Of a DNA stretch of 64,000 bases, positions 60,690-64,000 are shown piece by piece. The stretch comes from Gammaproteobacteria bacterium. GTDB lineage: Bacteria; Pseudomonadota; Gammaproteobacteria; QZLD01. Numbering within the stretch: position 1 is the stretch's first letter; the number at the start of each line of letters is the position of its first letter. A model generated the notes under the pieces. The model saw only the letters and a program-made list of their open reading frames with translations, made no database searches and was not told where the DNA came from. Location of the stretch: assembly GCA_033852075.1 (NCBI GenBank), contig JAWSVC010000006.1, positions 28 to 64,027 on the forward strand. The letters run 5' to 3'. A program made the position numbers and the translations under genes.

Positions 60690-62393
60690 CTAAGGATGGC
60701 GGGTGGCGCCAACGGCGGCATCATTATCCACTCCGAGTTGTTTTAGGCTATTACTTGCCAAATCAAGCAATCCTTCGTTTGTTTGCCTGAATTGTCCATA
60801 ACCCTCAATATACCACTCAATTCCGGCTAGTGATTCGGTAAGATAATCAAGGTCAGTCACTCTTGGTGTTGAGTCGCTTCCAATAATTTTTGTATTAATA
60901 AAATTATTACAGGTGGAAACTATAGAGGCAGCATAATCGAATTCTAAAATTGAAAGTGCTCCATGAATTTCATCAAGCAAAATAGGTACGTTGGGAATCT
61001 GAGAACGGTCCATGCATGAGTCTACATACTCTTCCATCTCAGATTTTATTTTATTCATGTTGGAACGGCTTTCTTTAATCAGTATCTCAATAGCTTCGTT
61101 GTAATAAGAGTTGTTTGATGATGTGTTGTTTTTGGGGTGAGGTTTGTAGTCACTAAATCCCTTGATAATAGTGTCAGCGGCTTCAATTGAATCAGCTGCT
61201 GACGCGATTGTGGATTCGAAATTATTAGTAGATCCAGAGATTATTGCACATAGGTCATCATCAATGTCATTAATGGCATTTGCCGCTTTATCAAGACCTA
61301 ATAATGAAAGAGTGCTATTAATATTGAAAAGATCTTCGCGTAATTCAGTTAGTACGTCATCTTTAAGATCTTTATCGCTATAAAGAGTTAAAAGCTTGTC
61401 CCTTACTATATCAAGTTGCTCTTCAATTTCAGCAGATACCTTGCCCATTACTGAGCTATCTGGAGCCTCTAAGTTTGATTTGTCGATAGCTGATTGTTCT
61501 GCAGTAAATGTCTTAATCGATGGAGCATACCTGGCGCAGATTCGTTCTATTGTAGGATTGTTTGTATCTGCTTTGATTAAGTAATAATAAAAAGAGAAGA
61601 GTTTCTCCTCATCAACTTTGGCATTTAACCGGTTGCTGTCATAATTTTTTAAATATGAATATTCCAGGTTGATAGAGGCCAATAGAGCCTTAACTGAATT
61701 ATCAATTTCTATCTGATTTTTATAAACAACATCAATAAAACAGCGAGCCAATAACCAGTATTCTCCACAAGAATATTTTTGCATCATCTTATAGGTTTTG
61801 CTTATTGCCTGAACCATCAATTTAATGTGCTGTTCAGATTTAGAATTCTTTATAACGCCTAAAAGACCAACTTGGTAAACATGTTGTATCTTTTTTAATA
61901 AATTCTGCGATTTTTTTGAAATCTTTTGAGGGGCGCTTCCTTTTGTAGGCCATTCGGTGTGCTGAATAAATGGAGAATATGCAAACTTAAATTCAGATAC
62001 TGGTTTTTCTCCACAGCAGTCTCTTAATAAATTAAAAATATCCAGAACCAAAATTTTATTGTCGGACCGATTTGCAAAGGAAAAATCAATATATTTATCC
62101 AGAAAGAAAGTTGCTGTAATAAGAATTTCAATGATTTTGCCGGAGTCGGTTATAGGCAAGGTAGTGGCGTATTGCAGAGAATCAATCATCTGCTTGCATA
62201 TGGCAACGCCACCGTGAAATTCTAAAAAAGTAAGGGTGCCTGCTATTTGCTCCAGACTTTGAACGCAATGAACTATTAAGCCATTATCACCAGAGTGGTG
62301 GAATGTTTCTATGTCGTGAGCGATCTCCTCTAAAGAAGATTTAATCTGAGTAATGGCAACAGATGCTGAAGTGTCAAAATAATATTCCGTCAT
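60690..62393 (-). CDS. hypothetical 567-aa protein with repeated degenerate Hpt-like helical segments (FimL/ChpA-N-terminal-like?)
   Basis: Segments VHCVQSLEQIAGTLTFLEFHGG and IHGALSILEFDYAAS resemble histidine-phosphotransfer helices. No kinase core. Assignment tentative. Confidence 0.4.
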   Translation of the reverse strand: MTEYYFDTSASVAITQIKSSLEEIAHDIETFHHSGDNGLIVHCVQSLEQIAGTLTFLEFHGGVAICKQMIDSLQYATTLPITDSGKIIEILITATFFLDKYIDFSFANRSDNKILVLDIFNLLRDCCGEKPVSEFKFAYSPFIQHTEWPTKGSAPQKISKKSQNLLKKIQHVYQVGLLGVIKNSKSEQHIKLMVQAISKTYKMMQKYSCGEYWLLARCFIDVVYKNQIEIDNSVKALLASINLEYSYLKNYDSNRLNAKVDEEKLFSFYYYLIKADTNNPTIERICARYAPSIKTFTAEQSAIDKSNLEAPDSSVMGKVSAEIEEQLDIVRDKLLTLYSDKDLKDDVLTELREDLFNINSTLSLLGLDKAANAINDIDDDLCAIISGSTNNFESTIASAADSIEAADTIIKGFSDYKPHPKNNTSSNNSYYNEAIEILIKESRSNMNKIKSEMEEYVDSCMDRSQIPNVPILLDEIHGALSILEFDYAASIVSTCNNFINTKIIGSDSTPRVTDLDYLTESLAGIEWYIEGYGQFRQTNEGLLDLASNSLKQLGVDNDAAVGATRHP

Positions 62394-62470
62394 CTTTAAA
62401 AAATTCCGTTAGTACTTCCTTATAATATTAGACTGAAATATCGATAAAAACAGAATATAGGCAAGATATA

Positions 62471-63190
62471 TTAATCACTGATATATGTGCCATAAATCAT
62501 TTCACGTTTTTTCCCAAATCCAGGCTTTTTATCAACTGTATATCCATGTTTTATTAACGAGCGCCTAACATTGCCCGCAGCGGTAAATGTACTCAGACTT
62601 GAATTAAGTTTGGCAGATCGCGCCACATTGCAGATTACGGTATCAGTCCACATCTGCGGATTAAGGGAAGGGGCAAAGCCGTCTAGAAACCAGCAATCAA
62701 TTGATGAATCTGCAATGGTTGTAATGGTGTCGTTGATATCGCCAATGATGATGTTTAATACGGTCCTGAATTTCTTAATTTCTATAATGTTATTTCCGAA
62801 CTTTAGGTCGGTGTATGAAGGAAGTAATTCAGAATAAATATCTGCTAATTGCGGCCAATTTTCAGCAGCTATCTTCATATCACCAAGAGCAAGAGGATGC
62901 TTTTCGAAAGATGTAAAGAAAAGCGTAGATTCAGGTTTTGAAATTGTATTCCAAAGCATACAGGTAAGAGCAAAATTTAAGCCGGTACCAAAACCTGTTT
63001 CGGCGATATGAAAACTTTTAGTCTCAATAAATTTATCTGTAAGGTTGTTACTGTCAATAAAAACATACTGCGATTCCTGCATGCCATTATCGGCAGAAAA
63101 ATACACATCTCCATATTCAATAGATACCGGAGTTGATTTATTTTTCCATGATATGTCGCATACTGCTTTATTGTTTTTTTTGTTATTCAT
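62471..63190 (-). CDS. mnmC: stand-alone MnmC2-like tRNA (mnm5s2U34) methyltransferase domain protein
   Basis: 239 aa. IAETGFGTGLNF (SAM-binding) and CWFLDGFAPSLNPQMWT (the DGFAP motif of the MnmC methyltransferase domain). No FAD oxidase domain. Confidence 0.75.
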   Translation of the reverse strand: MNNKKNNKAVCDISWKNKSTPVSIEYGDVYFSADNGMQESQYVFIDSNNLTDKFIETKSFHIAETGFGTGLNFALTCMLWNTISKPESTLFFTSFEKHPLALGDMKIAAENWPQLADIYSELLPSYTDLKFGNNIIEIKKFRTVLNIIIGDINDTITTIADSSIDCWFLDGFAPSLNPQMWTDTVICNVARSAKLNSSLSTFTAAGNVRRSLIKHGYTVDKKPGFGKKREMIYGTYISD

Positions 63191-63459
63191 AACAAACTTA
63201 TTTGTGGCGATAGATGCAATAACATTTTGAAATATAAGGGTAAAATAAAAGTGCGCGCAAGAAAATGCCGATAATTGGCGTTTCTTTTTGTATAAAACTG
63301 GTTTTTAGTTTAGCGTACATTTAATTGAAAATTAACAAAAAAAATCATTAGGAGACTGGAATTTTATAACTGCAAGGTGTAATCTTCACTGTTATAAATA
63401 CAGCGTGAATTTGCTGTTTTACACTTACTGATATCAGGGAAATTTTAGGAGATATTTAA

Positions 63460-64000
63460 TGGCTACAGGAAAAGACATTAAGTTAGCAGTTGATATGGAA
63501 GAAGCTCTTGGGCAAATGCAAAAAATCCAAAAAGCAAATGCTGAATTTGTGCAAAAACTTGCAGAAGGACAAATGGAGCTTGTAAACGAATTAATCGATG
63601 GAACAATGAAGCACTTTGATGCTTTGAAAGAAGTTAAAAATCCTCAAGAAATGGTAGAGCTACAGAATCAATATTTTTCTGATTCAGCAAAGAAGATTAC
63701 TACCAAAGGAAGACAGTTATTTGATATCTATGTGTCTTCACAACCAGTAATCGCTTCATTAATGCCTGCAGTTGCAAAACCGGCAGCAAAAAAAACAGCG
63801 GCAAAACCTGCAGCTAAAAAGCCAGCAGCTAAGCCTGCGGCAAAACCAGCTGCGAAAAAACCAGCAGCTAAGAAGCCTGCTGCAAAAAAACCAGCAGCTA
63901 AGCCAGCAGCAAAAACTGTATCTAAAAAGGCTACTCCGCCAAAAGCAGCTGCAAAACCAGCAGCTAAGCCAGCAGCAAAACCTGCTGCCAAGCCTGCTCC
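63460..64000 (+). CDS. phasin-like protein fused to histone H1-like AKP/KKPAA repeat tail (PhaF-like), 3'-truncated by window end
   Basis: AGGAGA RBS. N-terminal ~95-aa helical phasin-like region, then more than 25 tandem PAAK/KPAAK repeats. Confidence 0.6.

Noticed and set aside
63728-63991. Minus-strand Ala/Gly-rich 87-aa ORF
   Set aside because: Mirror image of the KPAAK repeat array of the plus-strand phasin-like gene.
1-64000. CRISPR arrays, rRNA genes, additional tRNAs
   Set aside because: No evenly spaced short direct repeats with unique spacers were found. No 16S/23S/5S-like conserved stretches. Only one cloverleaf-compatible tRNA (Leu-GAG) was recognised.

Overview
This is a 64-kb window at about 38-40% GC. 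It most likely comes from a gammaproteobacterium, possibly Legionellales-like: nuoC and nuoD are separate genes, tpiA-secG-tRNA-Leu synteny is conserved, and there are many palindromic MITE/REP-like repeats.

Core housekeeping genes:
- tpiA, secG and tRNA-Leu(GAG).
- A minimal isc operon, iscR-iscS-iscU-fdx, with a near-consensus type-1 IscR operator and no iscA/hscBA.
- nuoA-H, with a MITE cluster inserted between nuoE and nuoF and no nuoI-N after nuoH.
- A MATE efflux pump, a CheY-like receiver, fabI, a hybrid sensor kinase, ilvD, an Mrp/ApbC-like ATPase and an MnmC2-like methyltransferase.

Accessory content:
- 1) A six-gene minus-strand operon (1..6623) combining TelA-like, XpaC-like and TerY-like vWA proteins with three NMT1/SsuA-like substrate-binding-domain proteins. 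Two of these are fused to OmpA/MotB-type peptidoglycan-binding domains. This is an unusual Ter-type membrane stress module and the most novel-looking system in the window.
- 2) A decayed genomic island at the 3' end of tRNA-Leu. It has a P4-type integrase inactivated by a 19-bp tandem duplication, a candidate membrane toxin/immunity pair, a vsr remnant and a Fic protein.
- 3) A pair of DUF1566 (Lcl C-terminal domain) proteins, one carrying thrombospondin type-3 calcium-binding repeats.
- 4) A complete MoxR-DUF58-DUF4381-BatA-BatB-BatD (Bat/aerotolerance-like) operon.
- 5) A 1613-aa S8 subtilisin fused to FG-GAP-like beta-propeller and Ig-like repeats, followed by three AT-rich hypothetical genes.
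- 6) A type II restriction-modification cassette (HTH controller, HNH nuclease, convergent m5C methyltransferase) bracketed by MITE clusters.

Other points: no CRISPR array and no rRNA were seen. Several long listed ORFs are shadow ORFs of low-complexity or repeat DNA and were rejected.
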